From the NCBI GenBank assembly GCA_000091205.1, contig AP006500.2: a stretch of DNA of 64,000 nucleotides; one strand, written 5' to 3'. Made by a program: the position numbers and the translations under genes. Shown here one piece after another: positions 20,398 to 32,059 of the stretch. Every line of letters begins with the position of its first letter. Positions within the stretch are counted from its first letter, which is position 1. This stretch comes from Cyanidioschyzon merolae (lineage: Eukaryota). The notes below the pieces were generated by a model. The model had not been told where the DNA came from. It did no database searches and saw nothing but the letters and a program-made list of their open reading frames with translations.

Positions 20398-20732
20398 CTC
20401 TCCGCGCCTTTTTCGACAAACTTGTACCGGACTTGATTAGTCACACGCACACAAACACACACACACCTTCGTCAGTAATAGGGTCCCCGTCCTTTGAGCC
20501 AGTTAGAGCCTGCAGTTGCCGCCGCGGCGTCGTGCTTCTTCGCGCTTAAACGCAGTCAAACCTGTCGTATACGGAGCATCCGCACGTTACGCTATCGTCG
20601 CCGATCCTTCGTCGAAATCGCGAGACCCCGCGGCGGTGTCGCGCGATCGTCGAAGCGCGCACGAACACCACGAACACGAGGGCTTGTGAGAGGCCGCACG
20701 AATGGCTTGGTTCAAAGCGTGTCCGTTATATC

Positions 20733-20752
20733 CAGATAAGTTCGTTATCTGA
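20733..20752. promoter_or_regulatory. Palindromic inverted GATA-site pair (CAGATAAGTTCGTTATCTG) ~340 bp upstream of the Myb ATG
   Basis: Perfect 7-bp arms AGATAA/TTATCT around a 5-bp spacer. It lies in the divergent upstream region of the minus-strand Myb gene. Confidence 0.3.
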
Positions 20753-22135
20753 GATTTTTTCGATGCGTCGCTATGTCACGCGCTCAGTCGTTATATGTGA
20801 CACGTGTTTGGCACGCGCTTCCTCCAGCGGCGATGCGGGCGGCGATCCTACCTGGCGGGCGCTAGGGCGCCGAGACGCGCTCAGTCGTGCGTTTCATCAG
20901 CGTTTTAAGATCGTTTCTTGAGCGTCTTGGGCGACAATCGCGCGCTGCTCGATGGTGCGCGGTTAGCGGCTCATCCAGACGCGGGACCTGCACAGAAGAT
21001 GGTACGAGCGGCGATCCACATGGCACACACGCCTGCAACCCGCGTACATATGTGGGGCATCGTTGTTGTCGGTATGCTGAACGCGTGATCCATGCGTCCA
21101 CGAGCTTGAGGCCATGCTTTTAGGGGAAGCGAAATATATTCAGAAATGAGTTAGAGAAGCGTTCGTCCGCGTATCCGGGACTATCGATTCTGAAAGCTAC
21201 GCGCTTTCCTGCACGCCGGTGTGTCTGCTGGGACCCGTCCGAGGCGTTCACAACACGGTACTCCACCGCGAGACGTCTGCGGAGACTGTCTCTTCACGGG
21301 ATCGAGGCGCGTTCCATCAGTGCCAGAAGCGTTCTACGGCGACACAGAAGATTTGTGAACTCCTCGGGTGTCCGTTCGAGACGTTAGTGACCTGCGCTGG
21401 AACCAGGGGCTTGTTGCCGGTCTTGAATAGACCCGCAGCGCAGACAAGGCCACTAACACCACGGATGACGCGCTGGCGGAACGTGGCGACGAAGGCAATC
21501 TCTGAGCACTTGCCGCAGCAGCGTGATGCGCCCCAGTGCGACTGAACTGCAACGAAGCCATGCTTACTGTAGACGAGCCCGAAGGAACGACGGAAGGAGC
21601 CCGTTCGGCTCCTTCCTTAATTCAGCGTTCTGGAACAGGAACAGGAACGTGTCCGTAAACGAGGCGGAGCATGTCGCCTGGCAATCAGCAAGCTCCGCCC
21701 ACCCGGTGGATCCTCGCGCGCCACTCTTGAGCGAATCGCGATTGGCACAGGCCCCACAACACCCACGTGCATGGAAGAAACACAATTCTTGAATCTGGTG
21801 CCAAATTGCTGAACATGCGAACAAAAGACTCGAGACTTTGATGCCATAGCATGCCAAGCGCTCTTTCGCCACCGCAAACCTCCATGGCATAGTTGGTATC
21901 CACAAGGTCGCCAGATCAACGTTACCGCTGTGTCTAACTCGGACACGCTTCCGAAGCATTTGGAGTGTTTTACCGTTCATAGAGAAGCTGTGCTGTCTCT
22001 CATGGTCGCCAGCCTGCCGCATCTGCGCACACGATAGGGAACGTGATTCAATGAACTGATCGCCGCACTGGCAGCACCCCAGGCGTGGTAGCGAACCGGC
22101 AAGGCAGGCTAGGCACCGAGAGGCTCGTACACTCG

Positions 22136-22565
22136 CACCGTGATTCCCAAAAGACGCGTACAGATGCTCTTGATCCATCGACTCTGAATCCACCGTGTCG
22201 CAGTTCAACGCTTTCCGGGATATCGAGCAGTATCGTATACGCCTTTATGGAGGCGTGTAGGATCTTTTATAGGATGCTAGAATCACCGTGATTCCCAAAG
22301 ACGCGTACAGATGCTCTTGATCCATCGACTCTGAATCCACCGTGTCGCAGTTCAACGCTTTCCGGGATATCGAGCAGTATCGTATACGCCTTTATGGAGG
22401 CGTGTAGGATCTTTTATAGGATGCTAGAATCACCGTGATTCCCAAAGACGCGTACAGATGCTCTTGATCCATCGACTCTGAATCCACCGTGTCGCAGTTC
22501 AACGCTTTCCGGGATATCGAGCAGTATCGTATACGCCTTTATGGAGGCGTGTAGGATCTTCTAAA
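22136..22565. repeat. ~147-bp tandem repeat, ~2.9 copies
   Basis: CACCGTGATTCCCAAAGACGCGTACAGATGCTCTTGATCCATCGACTCTGAATCCACCGTGTCGCAGTTCAACGCTTTCCGGGATATCGAGCAGTATCGTATACGCCTTTATGGAGGCGTGTAGGATCTTTTATAGGATGCTAGAAT recurs starting at 22136, 22284 and 22431 with 1-2 differences. It is intergenic, about 460 bp upstream of threonine synthase. Confidence 0.85.
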
Positions 22566-22836
22566 CAACCCTTCAGTACCACCGCCGATCGACGCATCGA
22601 TCATCCGCCCTGTGCAAGTCATCGGCGGGGCAGGCGTCACGGATCGCGCCGCCGGCGAGCGCAGCGGCGCCTCGGACGGCCGTTGCTTCGCCAGCGTCGC
22701 TGCGCACGCTCTCCAGCCACAGGTACCGTTGTTGGAGCCGAACGTTACCTATCACGAACTCCGTCATGTTTGTATTCTGGTGGCCGTCACATTCAAGAAA
22801 TTTTCTTGCCTCACCTGTCAATAATTGTTACAGTGA

Positions 22837-24420
<1,584 letters not shown>

Positions 24421-25651
24421 GGGTGCGCTTCGCTCCAACGAATACAATTCACTGGACGAAATCCTTTTGCTTTCCGCATAAACGCTTGTTCTTGGACGCG
24501 GGACGCATAAATAGATGTAGCTTTGGATGCAATGAACGCGGCGTTCACGCTGCGGTACCGATGGAAACAACACGCAAAGTGAAGCGGGGACTATGCACCC
24601 GCCGTCGAGGGCGCTTCGCAGAATCCGCTGACCATTACCCTCCGCAGAGGTATGCTTCGCAACACGCGCGAGCGTCTCCAAGCAAAGCGCTTCCCGTCAC
24701 GCACCCTGTACCTTGAGGCATATTGGCGGATGTTGCGCACCACGTCACGTGCATGCCGTCGTGCGGCTCGCCGGATTCACACATCTAGGCGCGAATGTCA
24801 AAACAGACGCCTACTGTAGGATAGCGATACTGTGCTACTGAGATGCTGTGTCCGCATCGCTACTTCAGACGCTATGGCGGACGCTGACGGCACACTCGGT
24901 GCACGGTGGACCGTCATCGATGACCATGGCCCCCGAAAGCAAGCACGGGCATTGGCAGCTGAATCACAGGGGTAGGGCGTGGCATGATGAACGCTTTCCC
25001 GGATGCCGATGTACATTGCGCAGTCGGGAATCCCCAGTCAGTGCCGATATCTTGTTGATCCAACACCAATGCATTCCACGCGCCGGTGTTGCAAATTGTC
25101 AGGTATCGAACTTTTCAGAGGATAGATGGACACGGTCTGTGTTGTCGTGCATATTTTCGGTAGTATCGAATCATGGAAGATCATAAATGTTTACGAATTG
25201 TAGAGCTAAATTGTTCCCGGTGCATATATGCAACGCCGCAGCCGGTCAAGGTACCCAAACTGCACCACACCAGTGCCTCTGTCGTGGCAAGAATCCAGCG
25301 CCGCCTCTCCTGAACACTGATTTTTTTCAACGCAAGTCTTTCGCGTTTTAGCACAATGCACGCACAGACTACGAAACGGTTCCATCTAGATTTCGCTCGA
25401 CACAGAGCAGGTGTACACGACCAGGGCTTTAGGCTTTACCGAGTGTTGATCGATGTGCTCAATGCTCAGTCAAGAAAGGCCATGTGCGCATTGTTCATGG
25501 TGCAGAAAGACATACGACGGCGACGCTTCTCGCATTCGATTGCCTAGCCGTCCAAGGCTCCGGCAGCTTACCGGACACCAAGGATTGCATCCAGCTCTCT
25601 TTCTTCTTGTACCATTCTCAGCGGGCACCCATGCTCGTGATGCGAGTACGC

Positions 25652-25717
25652 CGTCGAGACCGCATCGAGTGCGGGAATCGAGTCAGAACGATTCCCGCAC
25701 TCGATGCACGCTCTCGA
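25652..25717. repeat. Perfect 19-bp inverted repeat with 8-nt spacer, in an extended imperfect palindrome
   Basis: Left arm GCATCGAGTGCGGGAATCG (25661-25679), spacer AGTCAGAA, right arm CGATTCCCGCACTCGATGC (25688-25706). Outer arms GTCGAGA (25652-25658) and TCTCGAC (25711-25717) extend it. Both strands therefore encode the same peptide (IECGNR...IPALDA). Confidence 0.8.
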
Positions 25718-26876
25718 CCATGGAACAGGCTGGCAGCCGTTGTGCACAAAAACACGTGCAGCGCCATAGACTGCTGCCGAACGACGCGACTTATCGGTCA
25801 TTTGCTTTTCCAATGCATTGATCAAGTGGTCGGATGCACGTTCCTTGTCACCGTGCAGAAAAAAAGAAATCCACGGCGACTCCAGGTGCGGTCCCGTGTG
25901 CTCGTGCCCGAAGTCATCCGCGTGATCCATTCGTGCGCCCAACGACGCTCTGAATGAAGCGTTCTGTGTATCATTCTCTGCTCGATACGGTGCACAGCGC
26001 GTCCAGCTGGGTCCCGGGGCTTACCTTGCCGAGTGGCATGGATGCGGTGGGTGCAGTGCGTATTCCTTTTTTCCATGGGATTCGCACACACGTGAGGTAC
26101 ACCTTGGGACGTAACCTTGCCCTTTCCTATGTATCTAGCTACAGTTCGTTACGTACCTTTTCGTCACCTTGTCTTCCGCAAGCACGCACGCGGACCGAAG
26201 GGCGCGGTGTCGCTCCCTCCCGCTCACCAGCGGAGAAGCAGCAGAGCAGTTCGGTGCGCGGTGAGCCTGGGAACGAATTGTCGAAGAATGGTGACGCGGA
26301 TGCGAACGACTCGTCTATAGATCTGTGAGCATAAGAGTGGCGTTCGAAAACAGACAAAGCGTCATAGACTGGATCGAGTCAGATCGGAGGCCATGCCACA
26401 AAGCGAAGCGCGATGTTGATTACTGCTGCATGCTCCATGACCGCTTTTGAGTGGTAGAAATCGAAGTCATCTAACAGCAGGGCAGACCAATTCGGGAAGT
26501 AGAAGCTACAGAGTGATTTTACGAAGGATGAAGTGTTGAGCGACACTGTCCATTTGGCGATTTGTAGGCGACGAACGACAGAATCGACACTGGGACTGAT
26601 CGTGCCCTCGTATTCGCTTGGTTCTTCTTTATGGAGACCGGGTTGCCGCACTTTGCGAACCCACATCCAGATGTACTACATTTCCTCAATAGTGTAATCG
26701 AGTGAGACTGACTTTGGTCCTTCCTCTTGAAACCTTTCGCGTTTCGGTTCGAAATCGATCGTGTTTTGCCGAATGCACGACGATATCTCGGCGAAGCGTT
26801 CTCCTTGCCTTGTCCAAGCGTGTCTCCTCATCATCGTACGTAATTACGGTACAGAAACTTCATGACCTGTCGCTTC

Positions 26877-27745
26877 TTAAGTACTATTTCTTTGAGCGGG
26901 TATCAAATGCAACGAATTCACTATGAGACAGTGATTGATGCAGAGTTTGGGTAGCACTATGTTGTTTGCATGTCGCTCAAGATACGGACTACGAGAAAGG
27001 CGGTTCATCCACCTGCCGTCCGTAAAATGACTGACTTGGACAATAAAGTTCCTCTTTCGCAGTGAACCACCGACAGCGTAAATAGTTTCCGCCAGCTTTC
27101 TCCAATCTACACGGTACATTCCTGCCAAAGAATATCCACGATGAAAACAACCAAATACGAAAACGACATGCCCGTGAACTTGTTCCGGAATGCACTGCTC
27201 TGTGTGTAACGCTGCGGGCGACGATGTGCATCCATGGCGAGGCTGCGGTGGTATCCGCAGTGTGAAGACCGCCACGAATAACACCGCAAGTTGCTCGTAT
27301 TCCATTAGATTCGCATCCTCAATGGACGCCCGCCCAGTTGAAAGCGCATACACCAATGCACAACCATGCATATGAAATGAGACTCGCAAGTGCAGCAAGC
27401 ACCTCTTTCGAATAGATTGCCCATCAACTCCAGACGGTGTCGCGAAACACCGATTCCGGGATCGTACCGAACAATTCCACCAAGTGCCGTCACGATATGG
27501 TGCCGTTTTGGAGCGCCAAGTACGCTCAACACATATCGGATGTGGTGGTGCACTCGCCGCAGACGTTCGCACGCTGCATCCGCAGCACCATTCCATGCGC
27601 GATGCAACGCCTCCTGCCTCGCCATACACTGCAGCCAGATGCCCAGAAGCCCGTAGGCTTCACACAACGTCTCTGGTGCACGTTCTCGGGTCGTGAGCGT
27701 TCCAGGACAACCTGGAATTCCATCACTGCAAAACAAAATTGGCAA
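26877..27745 (-). CDS. Hypothetical His/Cys-rich protein; two overlapping minus-strand frames suggest an intron or frameshift
   Basis: ORFs 27305-27745 and 26877-27629 are both long and overlap by ~325 nt in different frames. His/Cys clusters (HMHGC, HTEQCIPEQVHGH, CCTCESHFICMVVHWC) hint at a metal-binding protein. I found no convincing family match or splice sites. Confidence 0.2.
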
Positions 27746-28067
27746 TAACGGTATCGCTGCTCGGGTTGTTGTTCAGATATCGGCTCTAGCGGCGCCGTCG
27801 GCAGGCGATTCAGGGAGTGCCTCGGCGGCAATGGGGGCCACCAGCGTCGCGCCTCAGCCCGCCGCCGCGCTGCCGTTACACCAGCACACACACACCTGCC
27901 TCGCTGTGGACAGCGCCAGCTTCGGTGCTGTCTCCGGCACGGCAGCCGCGGCACGCAACATAGCGCGCGCGTACCGCCTACCTGCTGGACGTTCCCGGGG
28001 GCGGGGATTCTTCGCACCTCTTCGTGCGGCTAGTCGTACGAGAACTCCAGAACCTGTTCTACGGAAC

Positions 28068-28733
28068 ATGGGCGGATCACTTTCTGGAATGCAGAAAATA
28101 GACCGAAAGGTCTTCGATATGCGGTTGACAGCAAAGAGGCTTGGTCGTCTTGCAGTCAAGCACCAACGTCTCGCTGAACAGGAAAAGGAACGGACGCGGA
28201 AAGCGCTTTCGAGCGGAAACCTGGAAGCGGCACGCACGCACGCCGAATCATCTATCCGCAACAACAAACAATCCAACGCATACTTAAAACTACAAGCTCG
28301 GATGGACGCTGTTGCGGCACGAATAGAGTCGAGTCAGAACTTGCGTCTCGCCACGGGGAATATCACGGCGGTGTCGACGCACCTGAGTCGAGCTGTAGAG
28401 CGAATGGACTTGGAAGAAATCGCGAGCCGTTTAGCGCAGTTCGAGCGCATTATGGAGGATATGGACGTGCGTTCCACATATGTGGACGAGACCATGCGTA
28501 CTGTGGCCGACGTCGGGGCGCCACGCGAAGAGGTGGACCGCTTGATTCAGAGAGTCGCCGATGAGTACGGTCTCGAGCTTGCCGATGCTTTGGCTTCACC
28601 AGGGTTGACTGCGCTCGATGCCACACGTGTTCGGCGAGCAGACGAAGAGCGCCGGAGGCAACGTCGTCTAGACGAGGAAGAGCGCGCACGACTAGAGGCA
28701 CGGTTCGCGAAGCTATCTGCGCCGGCACCCTGA
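28068..28733 (+). CDS. CHMP1: ESCRT-III subunit CHMP1/Did2 (Snf7 family), 222 aa
   Basis: ATG at 28068, inside track ORF 27693-28733. The sequence KVFDMRLTAKRLGRLAVKHQRLAEQEKERTRKALSSGNLEAARTHAESSIRNNKQSNAYLKLQARMDAVAARIESS...LEEIASRLAQFERIMEDMDVRSTYVDETM aligns across the full length with human CHMP1B. There is a C-terminal MIM-like RRLDEEERARLEARFAKL. Confidence 0.8.
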   Translation: MGGSLSGMQKIDRKVFDMRLTAKRLGRLAVKHQRLAEQEKERTRKALSSGNLEAARTHAESSIRNNKQSNAYLKLQARMDAVAARIESSQNLRLATGNITAVSTHLSRAVERMDLEEIASRLAQFERIMEDMDVRSTYVDETMRTVADVGAPREEVDRLIQRVADEYGLELADALASPGLTALDATRVRRADEERRRQRRLDEEERARLEARFAKLSAPAP

Positions 28734-29483
28734 TGTCGCCATCGCAACACCATGCACGGGAGATGTGCTGGTTATGCAATGCTCCGCGAATACATGGGCA
28801 GTGTGTGTGTGTGTGTATGTCAACACCTAGTCATTCGTGTTCTCTGAATAAACCATCAGTGCCGCAGCGACTGCAGAGCGAAGAAGCTGAACGGCAGCAC
28901 AAAGCAAGATGGATTGGCGTTGACGCAACAGCTCCGCGTACGTGGAGTGTGCCTGACAACTAGCGCCCAGAGATACCGCATCTATGGAAAATGTTGAGCG
29001 AACACTTCCTACCAATACCTATCAACTGATTCTGTCCAGTTCGAATAGATCGGCCTCGTCGTGCCGCGCTGTGTATTCGTCATGAAACTGAATAAAATGC
29101 GTTTCAATTGGAGACGACATTTGATATCCCATCGCTTCTGCCAAGCGTCAAGCAAAGGGTTTTCCGCATGGCGCGTGCAAATCGTTGGAAACCCTGACCT
29201 CAAACCATTCTGATCGCGCTCGCTCATGCCGGTGACAAGCGTTTCAGCGTGCATTACATATTCGTCAAGACGCACGCGATCTGTTGCTGCGACTCGTTGC
29301 TGCTGACCAGCGCACCTATGCAAGCATCTACTCGATGCGTTCGCTCGGCAGGTTCCGCAACCCACAACGTTAACCGTCACCTCCGTGCCGTCCGCCAAAC
29401 AGACGATGGCGCAGGACCTTGCTCGTGCTCTTGCAGCGAGCTGGTCACCCGAGCAAACATACCGATGCGGGGAGTACCGGTGC

Positions 29484-30620
29484 TCAAATCTCCCGCTGTT
29501 GCTGGTCGAAAGAGAGCGCACCAGGCCCTTCGAAGACGAGCATGAGCACCCCCGCCATGATGCTGATCGTCTGTACGAATTCATACTGTTTGACATCTCG
29601 CGCATACTGACCAAAAGGTGAACGATCATTGACCTTCCAGAAAGCCGACATCAGCAGATTGTGTGCCGCATAAAACGCAATCAGAATGGACCCGCTGATG
29701 CGTGTCCGGTACCCAGCCAAAACCGCAACCATGACCGGTACTGCAAGCAGCGTTCCTAAAAATCCCAAGGACGATAGAAAATCGATGGGTAACAGCACCA
29801 GCATGATGCGTGCAGTCAGTTGCATGTATTCGAAAACTTTCTGGGAGCTCAGCAAGGCGGATCCTGAAGCGGTACCACTGCTAGCTGGGCGGCTGAATCC
29901 GCCCAGAAGTCCACCGGGAAGTGCGCTGAGGCCTTTTTTAATACGTGCATTCGCCGCAACCATGAGGAACGAGCCAGCCAGGCAAATATTCCGAACCAGA
30001 AACGACACGTTGCCCCCAGTTGCCGGAGCGTCCCTGCCGTACAATGCCTGTTGCACGAGGATATGGACGATGAGCACGTATGACGCTCGCTCCTGCAGTG
30101 AGAGCAAGGCCCGATCGCGCTGGAAAGCTTTCCCAGTGGTGCGTGCCCGCCCTGCTGCGATAATGGCCAGCGACGCCGACACCGAGAGGCACACCATACC
30201 CAGTAGGAAGAGGGTGCCGGCCCAAACGGGGACCCCGTAAAAGTGCCGCAGAAAGCGCGCTTGGCCACCAAGATCTGAAAGCACCCGCAAAGCGTCCTCC
30301 AAAAACGTAGCAACCAAGAGCACGCGAGTAATCATGGAAATGCTACCTTTCCCGATTCGCCCCGAGCGACCGAAGTGCGTCGACAGGTTTTGGACGGCAG
30401 CGGCAGCAGCGCCTCGTAGTGGCGAGCCACTGGTAGCGCTGGTTACCGGACCGGCAGCACCAGTCCAGCCAGGCCCCGAACTCGATTGCACAGGACTTGG
30501 TCCAACAGCCGCGTCTCCAGCGTACATAGGCTGTTGTTCCGCACTTGGAACAGCGCCGTGCGGCGCTCCGTAGCGCGGACCTCCATAAACGCCCCCCTGG
30601 GTGGGATAAATGCCTTCCAT
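29484..30620 (-). CDS. SURF4: SURF4/Erv29-family ER cargo receptor with a Gly/Pro-rich N-terminal extension
   Basis: The core LLVATFLEDALRV...LLSSQKVFEYMQLTARIMLVLLPIDFL...VFEGPGALSFDQQ aligns with human SURF4 (ISTFLEDGIRMW...GPGGVSMDEKKKEW). The track start at 30653 is TTG; ATG candidates are at 30620 (MEGIY...) and 30335 (MITRVLL...). The ~95-aa G/P/A-rich leader may be real, or may be 5'UTR or intron. Confidence 0.7.
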   Translation of the reverse strand: MEGIYPTQGGVYGGPRYGAPHGAVPSAEQQPMYAGDAAVGPSPVQSSSGPGWTGAAGPVTSATSGSPLRGAAAAAVQNLSTHFGRSGRIGKGSISMITRVLLVATFLEDALRVLSDLGGQARFLRHFYGVPVWAGTLFLLGMVCLSVSASLAIIAAGRARTTGKAFQRDRALLSLQERASYVLIVHILVQQALYGRDAPATGGNVSFLVRNICLAGSFLMVAANARIKKGLSALPGGLLGGFSRPASSGTASGSALLSSQKVFEYMQLTARIMLVLLPIDFLSSLGFLGTLLAVPVMVAVLAGYRTRISGSILIAFYAAHNLLMSAFWKVNDRSPFGQYARDVKQYEFVQTISIMAGVLMLVFEGPGALSFDQQQREI

Positions 30621-32059
30621 GTCGCAGCTCACGTTTCTGAGAAACCGGTACAACCTTTGAGGCGACGGGAAACTATTCTCGAGTCCAAAGTGCGAACAGA
30701 GGTCGTCGACTCGCCGAACAGATCGTGTTGCAGAAAAAGGTCACCGTGCGCCGAGAACAAACGCCTTTCAAAAGAGAAACGTTGTCGTCGCCAGCGGTGT
30801 AATGGCGGCGAACAGCGTCCTAGACAAAACGTCTCCATCTGACGTGCAGACGCCTCCCAGTTTTTTTCCATTGACAAAGCGTTTACTTAGGCCAGCGTTC
30901 TCCAATTGTACGCTTTTTCTTCTCTTACTTTTTTTGTGTTATTTTCAGTACCCTGTAAAGGATCCATCAATCCCCTGCTCCCAAGTTACATTACCTATAC
31001 GTCTTCTCGGATATTCTGGTCGTTTCATACGTCCTATCGTGTGTGCCTAGTGCCTGCCTTTCCGTATCCGCCTTTGCACCTTAACCGCTGGAGTAGATAC
31101 TTCATAGAGTTAGACCAGCTTTTCTATATCACAGAGGGCATCGGCTCGAGGCGTGGTTCACCCGACGTAGAATCGGATCTCGTCTTCAGTTTGTGCTTGG
31201 ACAGTCTGCGGATGCAGGCTTGCCTTCGCTGCACGACACGCTGGAGACACTTGGCTGTTAGGATATATCCTGGGAGCCGCCCCTCCACTTCGTGATCATG
31301 CATCGAATGCGTTGTTGTCGGTTGGCTATGCGGGTTTGTGCTTGACACCCACCACAGTGGGTAAGCGCAGAAAGCGCAATGTGCCCGTGTGCGTATCCGA
31401 TTCGCTGGACCTTCCGACTAGAAGTTCGATTTAGATGCACCCTCCACGGGGTGTGTGAACGCACACGCCACCATTGCCTCCTGCATTCCAGTCGTTCATT
31501 GCGTATCTGCCACAGCGCTAGCATAGAATCAAAAGTACATTAGTCAAGGTCGATTCGAATGCGACCTTTATCTTGCCGGACGCGTGAAGCCACCCTAAAC
31601 CACAGGGGAAACTCTACGAACCACCCTTTCAGCGGCTTCGTATCCGCTCCCCAAATACATAGGCGGGCAAGTCGCTTATTCCAGCTTCGACGGCGAACAT
31701 ACTGCCAGCCGTCTTCCAAAGTATCCGCCGAGATTGTTTCCAAAGTTTAGGTAGGTACCCAAGGTAGAAGGTAAAACGGAGCCCGAGTTCGAGGATTGAA
31801 CCAGGATTTGCGCCGGAGCCTGCAGCGTTGATTCGGGAGGGGCGGATAACTGCTCAGAATTTTCGTCAGCTTTTTCTGCTGCTGCTGCCTCCGCCCCTCC
31901 GTTCGTTGCGGTCAAGGTCCCTGGCGTGGGCTTCCTTCGCCGTCGCCCAAGCACCCCGCGTTCGCCCACTTTCAGAGCTTCTCCGGAAAAACTAGACCTC
32001 TTATGCGGGCGTGGTGTGTTGGGCTTAAAGATAGTTGTTCTTTGATGAATAGTTTGTGA

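Noticed and set aside
21564-22208. 214-aa minus-strand ORF upstream of the tandem repeat
   Set aside because: Cys-rich but without an ordered motif, it overlaps the repeat's first unit and sits in an otherwise intergenic region. Kept as unannotated.
22085-22291. 68-aa ORF inside the 147-bp tandem repeat
   Set aside because: It is entirely composed of repeat-unit sequence, and the same peptide would recur in each unit. No start or stop context.
31545-31563. tRNA-like T-arm (GGTCG-ATTCGAATG-CGACC with TTCGAAT loop)
   Set aside because: The loop is 9 nt. No acceptor, D or anticodon arms could be built from the preceding ~55 nt, and no Pol III terminator follows.
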